Positions 1 to 12,324 of a DNA stretch of 64,000 bases are shown in pieces. The notes beneath the pieces were generated by a model. That model was not told where the DNA came from and made no database searches. It saw only the letters and a list, made by a program, of their open reading frames with translations. A program made the translations under genes and the position numbers. How positions within the stretch are numbered: position 1 is the first letter of the stretch; every line of letters begins with the position of its first letter. The DNA lies in contig CDPCPM010000095.1 in NCBI GenBank assembly GCA_976551045.1, positions 19,468,001-19,532,000 of the forward strand, written 5' to 3'. Source of the stretch: Glaucostegus cemiculus (taxonomy: Eukaryota).

Positions 1-1394
1 GATCAGATTCAAACTTGTGTCTCTGGATCAATGGTCCATAAATCAGGGCAACCAGTTCTGTAACTAAACCAGTATGCCACCATAGCTGAGTTATGAATAT
101 TCATGATGTAGTGCTGCATCTTGAGCTGTGCAAGAGCCCAGAATTGGAGGAGCACATAAATCTCAAAAGAGAATGCAAAGCTGTGATGAGATCATGGAGG
201 GATTTGAAAACCAGGATGAGAATTGTAAAATCAGGGCTGCCTTTTGTGGGACACCATGTTGGAAAGCAAGGACAAGGGTGCATGTCACTTGGAGAAACTT
301 AAGAGTGGGGCAGCAGAGTTTAGGATGACTTCATCTTCATAAGAGACAAAGTAGGGTCTGAGAAGGGGCTATTAATGTATGGAGGTGGTTTAGGTACCAG
401 AATCATCATCCAGAGTAACAATCCAGCAACCTGATTTCAAATCCCACCTTGGCATATGTGGAATTTAAAATCAAATAATCTGGAATTCAAAAAAACCTAC
501 TGATTGTTTGATAAACAATTTAGTTCACTAATATCTTATGGGGAAATAAAATCTGCTGTCCTTACCTCATCTGTCTTGTATGTGACTCCAAACACACCAA
601 TATGATTGACTCTTCAAACAGTCTCTGAAAGGGCTTGATAAACTAAGGGCAATTAAGGAAGAGCAATAAATGCCAGCCTTACTCACATCCTGAAAAATAA
701 ATAAATGCACAGATCTTTGGCACTTGACTGCAAGCAGTGTCACTCTAACCAACCAACGGGCATGGAGGAGGTGATATAATTTGGGGATCTAGCCAAGGAA
801 TTCCTGTAGCATAGATCAAGGTTGTTCAGTACTGCTTTAATTGCAGTCCCTGGCAGTACATATCTGGGTTTCTCTGGCCTGTAATGAACTGCAGTGCTGT
901 GGGTGGTCTCTGCCAATGGTTTGTAGTCTGGACTAGTTTACTTTGGTCCACATGTGGACATCATTAATGTGTTTCTGGCAGCCTTCCCCAGTGCTTTTGA
1001 CGTGAAAGATTGCATTTATTTTCTCAGCACTTTTCTCCCAGCTGTTTTCCCTCTCATTGAAACTTGAACCATCGTGGATGCCTCTCCGAAAGTTAGTGTT
1101 TATTTTATAATAATTCCTTACAGAGTAAGTTCACCTCTCCATTCTGAAAATACAATGTCTTGCATGACTTTATTCATACCTTTCCCTGTTACAGGTCACA
1201 ATAGTTATTGGCATAATAATCTGAAATTAACATTGTAGTCCTATGGGGCCCAAATGTCCTATAAGGTTCGATTGTGTGGGCAAACAGCTCTGATAGAGGA
1301 ATAAAATGAGGAAAAATGATAGACAGAATATTGATTTAAGATAACTGACAAAAGAACTGGAGAGTAGATGAGAAATGATTTTAAAGTCAGAAAG

Positions 1395-2135
1395 ACATAC
1401 AACATAGAAACAGGCTCTTCAGCCCATCGTTCCTGAACTGACTATCCATCACCTGTATATACTAATTCCATATTTTATTCTCCCCACATTCCCATCAACT
1501 CCCCCCTTGATTTGACTACTCGCCTACATAATACAGGCCCTCTCCAGGGGACAAGCACCCCAACTTACGGACAGCCTGCACGTGCGAATGAGCGTTTGGG
1601 AGATCGGCGGGATGGATGGGGATGGATCTGCTGGCGGCTGCTGTGGGGCTGCAGGTACCTTACCCCGGGTTGGAACGGGGACATTTGCGTGGGCCTTCTC
1701 TCCCCAACCTTCCCTCAAGCCACAACACTCGGGAGCTGGGCCGACCCGAGCAGAGTCGGGAGCACTGAGCAGACTCACCCACTCACGGTGTCAGTGAGGC
1801 CGGCTGGTGGCCGCTCTTCCCGCACCTGCTTGCTCTCCCGTCACAGCTGTTTCTGTGACCCTCTCTCACACACTCCTTCTGTTCACCTCCGACTTACCAA
1901 CAGCTCAGATCATGAACACCTCTCAGGAACAGAACCCCGTCGTAACCGGGGGACTGCTTATAGATACAATGGAGAGTTAACCTACCAACCTGCATGTCTT
2001 TGGGATGTGGAGGAAACCCACACGGTGGCAGGAAGAACATGAACGTTCCACACTGGCAGCTCCCAAAGTCAGGATTGAATCCCTGTCTCTGGTGCTGTGG
2101 GCAGCAGTTCTACTCACTGTGGCACGGTGCCACCA
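1395..2135 (-). mobile_element. tRNA-derived V-SINE (HE1-like, CR1-type tail), split by a DNA-transposon insertion
   Basis: Tail 'catagaaacaggctcttcagccc' at ~1402 and V-domain-like 'gggatgtggaggaaacccacacgg' at ~2002. Body interrupted at 1534-1960. Confidence 0.65.
1534..1960. mobile_element. Non-autonomous Tc1/mariner (Tigger-like) element
   Basis: TA flanks with degenerate TIRs (ta|caggccctctccagggg ... cgtaaccgggggactgctta|ta). GC-rich interior inserted inside a SINE. Confidence 0.55.
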
Positions 2136-3411
2136 AATGAAGTGAGTGCTTCTTATCTGAAGTCCATATCACTCCTTAAATAATATATCTGAAGTCTGAG
2201 CAAATATGGGTACAACAAGTAATGTCCCTGCCAAAATTAAAAGTATAACACAAATGATAGGAAAGAATTTATGTCAATCTATTCACTTAGAAAGAGAACT
2301 TCTAATATAAATAACAAAATAAACCATGTCAAGAGATCCTGGTAAAATATAATGAATAATCGGTGCATAGCTGAGGCATAATTGGTCTGGGTGATTTGCC
2401 TAGAGGGGCACAGTTAAAAATTATGCCCAAGAAGTGAGACAAAAATTAAGTGAAACTTAAAAATGAGTAAGAAAAATGATGTATTTTTTTCTGGTGACCA
2501 TCAGTATGAACCATTCTGCTTGCTGTATTTCTAGGGGATAGGCCTAGCATTTGGAGAGCATATTTAAACTGATACGAGAGACAAATGATCCTTGTAATCT
2601 TTGTACTGTAAGAAAGAAAGCATTGGAATTTGATAATACATTGTTCAACATTGCAAAATTAAACTGGGCCTTAAATGATTTGATAAGGTCAGATATTATG
2701 TTGGCAGTCATGAGTCCAAACTCAGAAGAAGGAACTAAAACACTCTTTAAGTTTAACCGCTTTATGTAGAGGATGATGGGTGTAGAACTGATTGTCACTA
2801 ATTATTCTTGAGGCTGAGCCCATAAATTGTTTTGAAAGGGAATTAAATAGACATTACATAAAAAAGCTGCCAGAGTGTAGCATGTCATTGCTGGAAGCTG
2901 TTTTATTCTTATATTATTAAAGTTCAGCATCTCTTTCTGAATTTTTTTTTATGGCGGTAACTGCGTTGAGGGTGTGTCCACAAGATTGTTGCACCACAAT
3001 TGATTCTTTGGTACAGTTTAAGGCTTGTCTGCATTATTGGAAGGTGTTCACTGCAGCAGACCCTGCGAGACCTGCCTTAAACCCTGAGCTGTGAGTGCCC
3101 AGAACTGCCAGAAATGGAAACTATCCCATTCCCCAGTTATCAATGTCATTTCACAATAAAAATTAATAAAAGGGAAAGGGATAAAAAATGATGTCACCCC
3201 GAGGAACAGTGTGACTCATAGATCAATCCCACCCAGAAGGTCATTTAGCACTTTACCCTTTCTTTGAAGTAGCAGTTGAATTAATCTCATTCACCTCCCC
3301 CATCCTGTTCAAGCATTGGTCCAATTCATCATTGGAAGTTAATTATGAAGTCACTTTCATACTTGTAAAAGCAGGGTTGTAGTAGTGGGCGATTTTAACT
3401 TTCACAATGTA

Positions 3412-3630
3412 GTCATAGAGCACTACAGAACAGAAACAGGCCCTTTGGCCCATCCACTCCATGCCAGCCTGGTTTCCTGCCTCGTCCCATCTACCTGCAC
3501 CTAGACCATCAGCCTGCCACACCCCTCTCATCCATGCAGCCATCCAAACCTCTCTTAAACATTGCAATTGAACCCACGTCCATCACTTCTGCTGGAACCT
3601 CGTTCCACACTCGCACTGCCCTCTGAGTGA
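3412..3630 (-). mobile_element. CR1 LINE 3' end fragment
   Basis: Encodes FTQRAVRVWNEVPAEVM...FKRGLD, the CR1 ORF2 C-terminus, plus a CR1 tail. Confidence 0.8.
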
Positions 3631-4244
3631 AAGCAATCTCAGTCAGTATTGACAGAGATTGCCTTAGAGTAAAGAGCCTACATGAGGTGGAATTTGTTAA
3701 ATGACTCCAGGAAAGCCATGAGTGGAGAGGTCCTACTATGGAGGGTGCTGTACTCCAGCTTATTTTAGAGAATAAGAATGCAAAGTGGTGGGTGTGTCTG
3801 AGGAAGAACACTGTGCACAACTCGGTAAGCTTTAAGGTAGGCTTGGAAAAGGATGGGGTTGGAACTAGAATTAAGGTCTGAATTTGGGGGAAAGGCTGCC
3901 TTCAACAGTACAATACAAGACCTGATGAAAGTAGATTGGGAGCAACTGCTAGAGGGAAAAAAGGCATGAAAAAAGTGGGAGGTGTTTAAAAGTGAAATAC
4001 CAAGAGTTCAGAGTCAGTACGTCCTTGTAAGGGTAAGAAGTAAAGATAGTAAGATGAAAGAACCTTGCTTAACAAAGCAAATTGAAGGTTTGATCAGGAA
4101 AAAGAAGGAAGCATGTGACAGATGTCAGAAAATGTTAGCGAGTGAGTCCTTTGAGGTTAATGGAGGAGATAGGAGAAATCTTAAGAAAGCGGTTAGGAAG
4201 GCAAAAAAGAAGTGGCCCTGGCCACAGAATTAAAGCCTTTGCTT

Positions 4245-4670
4245 TCATCCCTCTGTCTTCTTTACCCCTTCTCTTTTCCCTTCCCTTCCCTGCCCTTACG
4301 ACCTGCCCTCACCCACACCTTCCTCCCTCTGGTTCCCCACCTCCTTGCCTTTATTCCATGGTCCACTGTCCTCTCCTATCAGATGCCATCTTCCTCAGCC
4401 CTTCTCTTCCACCGATCACCTCCCAGCTTTTCACATCACCCCCACTCCCCAGCTCCACCTCCCTACACACCTACCTTCCCCCGTCACCTGGATTCACCTA
4501 TCGCCTGCCAGATTGTACTCGTCTCCCTCCCTCCAAGCTTCTATACTGCCTTCTGCCCACCTTCTTTCCAGTCCTGATGAAAGGTCTCGGCCAAAAATGT
4601 CGACTGTTCATTTCCCTCCATCGATGCTGCCTGACCTGCTGCGTTCCTCCAGCATTTTGTGCGTGTTGCT
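4245..4670 (+). mobile_element. Penelope-derived non-autonomous repeat (pseudo-LTR-like) with degenerate hammerhead motif
   Basis: Pyrimidine-rich body, then cagtc-ctgatga-aaggtctcggcc-aaaa-atgtc-gactg (4569-4606), then the family terminus 'gatgctgcctgacctgctgcgttcctccagca'. Confidence 0.75.
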
Positions 4671-5995
4671 GAAGAGAATTCCAAAACCTTCTGTAGAACG
4701 ATTAGAAGCAAGAAGGTAGTGGGGGGAAGAGTCGATCCCCACAGGGACCAAAAGGGAAGTTTTTGTGTGGAGCCAGAAGATACGTTGGTGTCCTGAATGA
4801 ATACTTTGTGTCGGTATTCACTGGGAAGAAACATGGGTAGGATGGAGAGCTAGGAGAGGTGTATGTTGATAGTCTCAGGGAAGAGGAAGTTTTACCAATA
4901 TCAACGCACATGAAATCGATCCCAGGGTGTTACGGGAAGCAAGGGAGAAAATTACTGGGGTTCTGATGGAAATATTTTGCAAGGTCTTTAGTCATGGGCG
5001 AGGTACTGTAAGTCTGGAGAGTAGCTGATGTTGTTCCCATATTCAAGAAGGGCAGTAGGGATGAGCCAGGAAACTACAGGCTGGTGAGCCTTGCGTCAGC
5101 AGGAAAACTTGGAAAAATTCATGGGAATAGGATTTATGATCACTTGGAAAAGCAGGAGTCAGCATGGCTTAGTGTGTGAGAAATCTTGCCTCACAAATCT
5201 GAGTTTTTTGAGGAGGTTACCAAGATGAAGGCCGGGCAGTAGATATGGTGCACCTAGACATTAGCAAGGCTTTTGACAACATCCCGCACGGTAAGCTGGT
5301 CCAGAAAGTTATGGCAGGTGGGGTCCAAGGTGATTTGGCAAACTGGATCCAAGATTGGCTTGGTGAATGGAGGCAGAGGACAGTAGTGGAGGGTTGGTTT
5401 CCTGACTAGTCTGTAACTCACGGTGTACTAAGGGATCGGTGCTGGTATATAAATAACTTGGATGAGAATGTCTGTGGTCTGATGAAATTTGCTAATGACG
5501 TTAAGGTTGGTGGAATTGTAAATAGTGAGGATGGTTGCCTTGGGATACAGAGGGACATAGATCATCTGGAAAGTTGGGCAGAGTGGTGGCAGATGGAATT
5601 TAATCCAGGTAAGTACGAGGTAATATATTTTGGGTCATCTAATACTGGTTGTTCATATAGAGCAAATAGCAGGGAAATGTTGATGCACAGAGAACCTTAG
5701 GGTGCAAGTTTGTAGCTCCCTGAAAATGGTGACACAGGTGAATAGGGTAATGAAGAAGACATTTAGCTTGCTTACCTTCGTAGATAGGGGTATTGATTAT
5801 AAGAGCCAGGACATTATGTTGCAGCTGTACAAAACATTGGTTCGGCCACCCTTCTGAGTATTGTGTGCAGTTCTGGTCACCGCACCATGGAAAGAATGTG
5901 GTAGCACTAGAAAGAGTGTAGAAGAGATTCATTGGGGTGTTTTCTATAATGGAGGGCTTTAGTTACAAGGAGATGTTGAGTAGGCAGGGATTGTT

Positions 5996-6558
5996 ACATA
6001 GACCATAGAACATTACAGCTCAGTACAGGCCCTTTGGACCACAATGTTGTGCTGACATTTTATCCTGTTTGTAAGATCAATCTAATCCTTCCCTCCCACA
6101 TTGCCCCCTCCCCCAACTTCTCTATCAACCATGTGTCTATCTAAGTGTTTCTTAAATGTCCCTAATGTATCTGCCCCCACAACCTCTGCCGGCAGTGCGT
6201 TCCACACACCCACCACTCTCTGTGTAAAACAACTTCCCCCTTATATTTTCCTCCAATCACTTTAAAATTATGCCCCCCTGGTGTTAGCCATTGTCGCCCT
6301 GGGAAAAGTCTCTGTCCACTTGATCTACGCTGCTTATCATCTTGTACACCTCTATCAAGTCATCTCTCATCCTTCTCCTCTCCAAAGAGAAAAGCCCTAG
6401 CTCACTCAACCTATCCTCAGAAGACATGCTCTCCAATCCAGGCAGCATCCTGGTAAGTTTCCTCTGCACCCTCTCTAAAGCTTCCACATCCTTACTACAA
6501 TGAGGCAACCAGAACTGAACACAATGCTCCAAGTGTGGTCTGACCAGAGTTCTATAGA
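5996..6558 (-). mobile_element. Young CR1 3' fragment nested in the older + strand CR1
   Basis: LYRTLVRPHLEHCVQFWLPH...ERVQRKLTRMLPGL. The host CR1 resumes at 'ctggagcacaggagactgaagggtgac'. Confidence 0.9.
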
Positions 6559-6829
6559 GCTGGAGCACAGGAGACTGAAGGGTGACCTTATTGAGGTTTA
6601 TGAAATTATTAGGGGCAAAGACAGAATAGATAGTTGCAGGTTTTTTCCATGAGTAGGGGAGTCTAAAAATAAAGGACATTTGTACAGGTGAGAGGGAGAG
6701 ATTTAAAGGAGATCTGAGGGACAATTTTTTCACACAGATGGTGGTGGGTGTGTGGAACAAACTGCCGGAGGAGGTGGGCACAATTCAGTGTTTAGGAGAC
6801 ATTGGAACTAGTGCAAGGATAAGGAAGGA

Positions 6830-7240
6830 TTTAAATTAGTTTATTGTCGCATACTCCAAGGTGCAATGAAATTCATTGCTTGCGTGAAGCTAACAGAGTA
6901 AACAGTATACATGGTAGTAACAAATACAGCGATGCAAAACAACAGAGGATGCAAAATATGGTGCAAACTGAGGTAGTGCAAAAAGAACTGCTAAAGTGAC
7001 AATAACAGAAGAGGTAGAATGAAGGTTCAAGAATGAAGGTTCCACACCTCCAAGAAGGGGGTGTGGAAGAGGTGATTAGTTCAGGAGTCTGACAGCAGTG
7101 GGGAAGAAGCTGTTCTTGAGTCTGGTCCTCGGGGCTTTCAAGCTCCTGTATCTTCTCCTAGGAGGTAGAAGAGAGGAAAGGGAAGGGCCAGGGTGGCAGG
7201 GATCCTTGATGATACTGTACTGTTGGACTTCGTGATGCTA
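6830..7240 (-). mobile_element. Rex1/Babar-type LINE 3' fragment
   Basis: 'gggaagaagctgttcttgagtctgg...tcaagctcctgtatcttctccc' matches the 3' region of the Rex1 copy at 33015-34242. Confidence 0.6.
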
Positions 7241-7469
7241 TGTGGTGTGGGCCAAATGCAATTGAGTGGGATCTGCGTGATTGGGCATCTCAGTCAGCAT
7301 TGACGAGTTGGGCTGAAGGGTCTGTTTCCATGCTTCACACCTCGATGATTCTGTCCATCCTTCAAGATTGTGCGTTCTCAATCACCATGACTTTCCCATG
7401 AAGAGATTTTGCTTGGAAAGAGGGCCTTCAGTACACAAAGTCTACAAAGACTATAAAGTACACATTTTT

Positions 7470-7730
7470 ATACCAAAACTACACTAGTCCCATTTTATTC
7501 TCCCCCCATTCCCATCAATTCCCCCCAGATTTTATCACTCACCTACACACTCTGGGCAATTTACAGTGGCCAGTTTACCTACCAACCCGCTCATCTTTAG
7601 AATGTGGGAACAAAGCAGAGCGCCCGTAGGAAACCCACACGGTCACAGGGAGAATATGCAAACTCCGCAGAGACAGGAAGGGCTGCTGGAGCTTTAAAGC
7701 AACAGCTCTTCATACTGTGCCACTGTGCAG
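7470..7730 (-). mobile_element. V-SINE (HE1-like)
   Basis: 'aatgtgggaacaaagcagagcgcccgtaggaaacccacacggtcacagggagaatatgcaaactcc' is the V-domain on the minus strand. Confidence 0.7.
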
Positions 7731-8484
7731 CCTGTGCCAGCTTGCTGTAAAATAATACTTCCCTCATGGCATCTCTGATTCTTTTACCAATTACTTTAAA
7801 ACCTGGCAATCCTTCCTTCATTGCTCATAGTTCCTCCTTACGTATGCTACTAGAATTTGTTATTTTTAACATCTCTCTCAAATGTTGTCAGCTCTGAGGA
7901 GAACATCTTCCCAGAGATTCCTGGCTTACATAAAACCAGAGAACCTGCAGTCCAGGCACAAGCTGATCAGAATGTTTTATTGTATGTGTTAAAGCTCAAT
8001 CTATGTAATTTATTTATCAAAACTATTTTGCTTTTAATATTTATAATGTCCCGGAGTATTATCCATTCTATTTTGAATTACTAATTAGGTGGGAAATGAA
8101 TCTGTCTCCCTTGTCATTGACTCATTGATGTTGTACATGCTGAATTGTCCTTACTGTATGTGCACAGGAATACCTCAGGAATGTCTTAAGTTTTTATATG
8201 TAAGGCTTTGCTGATGGGAATCCCTGAGCTGTTGTACAAGAAGAGGATGAAGTCTGGTGTCAAACTTTTCACAGTTACATTGTCTAGTTCCAGATGCCCC
8301 ACCTCACTCATGCAGAAAGGGGTATCAATGGTACCTACTAATTTACCTAAATCAAACTTCAACAGGAGTCACCGGGAGAAACTCTCAGCTGGGTTGGTGG
8401 TGTAAGACACACAATGTCAGTTCAACTGCTTGTGTTGCAGTTCAGTAGAATGGAAAATCAAGATTTTCTTTATAACTTATAAAT

Positions 8485-8890
8485 TTTCAGGATCTGGATA
8501 TCACTGGCAAGGCCAGCATTTGTTTCCCATCCTTTGAGAAGAAGGTGGTGAACAGTCTTCTTGAAGAAATGCAGTCCTTCCAGTGAAGGTCCTCCCACAG
8601 TTCTGCTGGGAGGGAGAGTCCAAGGATTTAGACCCAGCAAGGAACACTGATATATTTCTAAGTTGGAATGGAGAGCAACTTGAAGGGGAAGACAGTGGTT
8701 TTCTCATGCACAATCTTGGTGGTAGAGGTTGTGGCTTTGGGAGATGCAATCAGAGTTGTCTGGGTGCAATCTGCCGATGTTACACCAGGCAGCCTGTGAA
8801 CTTGCAGTGGAGAGAAGGAACATTTAGCGTGGTGGGTGGAATGCCAATCAAACAGACTGCCTTGTCCTGGATGGTAACAGCTCATCTGAT
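8485..8890 (-). mobile_element. Old LINE (CR1/L2 group) 3' fragment
   Basis: Tail 'ctggcaaggccagcattt' and body shared with 55345-55780 and, in opposite orientation, ~30050-30470. Confidence 0.55.
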
Positions 8891-9552
8891 ACCATCTGTT
8901 TGAGACCCAGCCTAATATTCCCCTTTCAGAAGAGGAGAAAAGAAGTTGAGGAAAATTGGAGAAATATAATAACATTAAAGAACATGAGTTCTTCTTTGTT
9001 ACTTCATACAATTTAAAATTCCTTGGCCACTGCCAATATCTCCCCACCCTTTAAGTGGGAAGTGGGTGTGTCAATGCCTGAGGTAACTGGTTCTTTGCTG
9101 ATCCCACCCTTTCCCAAAGGAATTACCTCATTGCCACTTGGCACTTTCCAATAGCAGCAGAGCAGGATTTGGAAAGGATTTTTAAAACGCAGCAGCAGTA
9201 ATGTTGGTTTGGAGCACGAGTGTTTCACATTGTTTTGGACGGTGCCTGTATGTAGTTTCACAGATTTGTCGCATGTTTTTAAATGTGAGGGAGCTCCTTG
9301 CGAGAAGTTGCAGAAGACCAACTGTTAGTTTTAGTTCTTTGCCCCCTTCGTTCCCCAGTCTGATCCAAGTACCAGATTAATATTTTTGGCCCATTTAGCC
9401 CACAGAAATAGCATCGACGTCAATGTCTCCAAGTGTGGTTCTCAATCAGAAAGGTGATGTAACCATCCCCTAAGTAGGTGTAAAAAGCAAACGGCTGGAG
9501 GAGCTCAGCGAGTCAGTGCAGCATCCGTGGAGACAAAGGGCTGGTCAACCTT

Positions 9553-9793
9553 GGGCGGCACGATAGCATAGCGGTTAGCGCGACACTGTTACAGAGCAGG
9601 CGATCGGGGTTCGATTCCCGTCGCTGACTGTAAGGAGTTTGTACATTCTCCTGTGTCTGCGTGGGTTTCCTCTGGGTACTCCGGTTTCCTCCCACGTTCT
9701 AAAAGACGTACGGGTAGGTTAATTTGGGGGTTTAAAACAAAAATGGACTAGTTGGGCCAAAAGGGCCTGTTACCACTTTGTAAATAAAAAAAC
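9553..9793 (+). mobile_element. Young tRNA-derived V-SINE inserted into a PLE-derived fold-back repeat (~9490-9905)
   Basis: Pol III A box 'tagcatagcgg', B box 'ggttcgattccc', V-domain 'gtgggtttcctctgggtactccggtttcctcccac', A-rich end. Confidence 0.85.
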
Positions 9794-10597
9794 CCTAAAG
9801 TGTCGTCAGTCCATTTGCCTCCACAGATGCTGCTTGACTGGTTGAGTTCCTCCAGCAGTTTGTTTTTGTCCTGGATACCAGCGCCTGCAGTCTCTTACGT
9901 CTCCTAAAGTAGAGTTTCTGATTCAGGGTGGGATAAGCAGTCAATCTAAGCTCTGAGGTAACTGTTTCTCTGCTGATCCCACCCTTTCTCATGATTTCCC
10001 TTCATTTCTCGAAGTACAAAAGTTAAATTCAACTTTTTTTGAAGAAAGAACATAAATATTTTAAATAAATTATATTAATACATACGGCTTTTGGTTACAC
10101 ATTAAATATTTTTAGAGATTTCCATTACTCATTTACTAGATTCATCAATGGATTTAGACTATCTCCACAAGTTATCGGAGATGAAGTGCAAATTGTGTTG
10201 AAGCTCTCAGCTGTACTGGGGTTGGAATTACTAGTGAGAGCTAGACTGAGGTGGGTTCTGTGAGGTTGTGTGGTGTCGCATGCAGGAGTGCACTTGAACT
10301 GGGTTGGAGAGGGATCCAATGGCATAGTGCTTAAATTACTAAAGTAGAAGATCAAATACCTATACTGATAATGCTGAGACATGATGCAATCCCCACTGGG
10401 ATAAATTTGGTTAATTAAATAAATTCTGGCATTAAAAAAGATTGGAATTAATGAGAACATACTGGACACTGTAAGCTTGTGTCTGGTTCACTAATGTCCT
10501 GGCTTAAATGGAGAGCCAGACCCACACTATATACTGGTTATAAGCTGCCCTCTGAAATGGGCAAGTTACTCAGTTCAATTAGGATTGATGATAAGTG

Positions 10598-10920
10598 ACG
10601 GCACAATGGTGCAGTGGCTTGTGCTGCTGCCTTTCAGCTCCTGTGACCCAGGTTCAAGCCTGACCTTGGGCACTTTCTCCCTGTGACCACATGACTTTCC
10701 ACCAGGCCCTCAGGTCTCCTCCAACATCCCAATGATGTGTTGGTGGGCTAGTTATTCACTGTAAGTTGCCCTTAGTGTAGATGGGTGGTAGGAAAATTGT
10801 GGCGGAGATGATGGGCATATGAGAGGGAATTGGTTTCAGGGAGATAAGTGAGGCAATGGGACTGAAGATGTTTTGAAAACAGGTTCGATCTGATGGGTCA
10901 AATGGTCTCCTTCTGTGTCA
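10598..10920 (+). mobile_element. V-SINE (HE1-like), diverged
   Basis: 'ggcacaatggtgcagtgg' A box, 'ggttcaagcc' B box, degenerate V-domain, CR1-like tail. Confidence 0.65.
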
Positions 10921-12324
10921 TGTGGCAAAAAGCAAAATGACCAGTGATGTCCACAACCCATAAATGAATTAAAACTGAAATAGGTTAGTGGAATATTAGT
11001 TGGAGTTCCTAGCAGGATTACTTTGGGGCTTTCAGATAGAATCCAGCTTAAATGATGAATCAAGTTAAAAGGAACTCATTGCTGTAAGACTATATCAGTG
11101 CCTTGTTGAATTGTGAGACCTTGTCTTTCCTGAATATAACAAATGCATATGCCTAATGAACTTAACTGGAGTTATCTTCCATTCCCCATTCTAAAGCAAA
11201 ACAGCCTGAGTTCTTAATTAAATTAAAAAAAATATTGCATGGTCCTTAATCATAATTTTCAGCAGAAGAACTCACTTCACTGCACCATTAATATTCTTAC
11301 TCGCTTACATTGCAAGTTGATTAAATAAACCAGATTATTTCATGTTACTGTAATCAAAAGAATCATCTTACATGTACCAGTAAGCAATATAAGTAATGAA
11401 TTTGGGAGGTTGATTTTGAATGTGATGCTTGGAGGACTCTTGAGCATTGCTCCCCATCCCGATGAATAACCCCCTGCACTTCCACCAACACCCCCCCCAG
11501 CCCCCTCCTCACTGTGATCTCAAAAGCATTTGACCATTTGTAAAATCTTGCAACCGCTTCACTTTTATTGGTGTCTGAATGCTGGTTTCTTACAAGTGAA
11601 CCATATAGCTACAATTATCAAGTGAATTTATGTTCATGGTTTGAATTGCATTGATATTGTGGGATTCTAGAATGATATAGAGGAGAGTATAAGTCAGGCA
11701 AGTCAAATAATGTAACAATAATCAAGGACAGGACAGAAAACTACTGTCCTTTAAACATGTAATTCATTTAAATCATATAACTATTACAGCAAAATCTATT
11801 TAATAACCATAAATTACATTGATATTTTATGTGGGTTGGCATGATATAGTGTTTTAATTAATCTTTTGGTGGAAGATAATCAAAGCATAAATGGCTGTTT
11901 GCAGATGATTAACAGCAATTTTTGAACACTCCACATACTTTAATTTCACGCCTGTCTCCTATAAAATCTGATTCATAAATTCAAGTGAGCAATTGTGAAA
12001 TGGCGGTGGGACTTTCTTTCTCAACGTGCAGAGACAGAGGTCTAGACTTTAAATTACATTCTAATGGACTGAGAGTTATTATAGGGGGCCTCAGCAACTT
12101 TATAGTTACATTCATAAACTGAGTGGGAGGTCATTTTGACATTTTTGGAATTCCTTTCAATTTTTACTACACTATATATTACACATCATTTTTTTTAGCA
12201 TTCTTTAGGTGGATGACAAATTCTCTATTTGTGTCCAGAGAGCTTTAAATGTCAAATGTGGTTTATTTGGTAACTCTCTGATTTCCACGAGAAGCAGCTT
12301 CAGTGCAAGTCCCAGTCCAGCCGT

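Larger units (their letters stand above)
3655..6820 (+). mobile_element. Degraded CR1 LINE (ORF2 endonuclease end through RT), with nested insertions at ~4245-4670 and ~5996-6558
   Basis: Fragments KFANDVKVGGIVNSEDGCLGIQRDIDHLESWAEWWQMEFN (FADD motif region) and NYRLVSL-like motif at ~5071. Many stops and frameshifts. Confidence 0.85.

Noticed and set aside
1512-2042. 176-aa ORF in a GC-rich patch
   Set aside because: It spans a non-autonomous DNA transposon and a SINE, and shows no recognisable domain.
4142-4719. Overlapping Pro/Leu/Ser-rich ORFs
   Set aside because: Artefact of the pyrimidine-rich PLE-derived repeat.
9553-9630. tRNA gene
   Set aside because: The A and B boxes run into a V-domain and LINE-like tail, so this is a SINE head.
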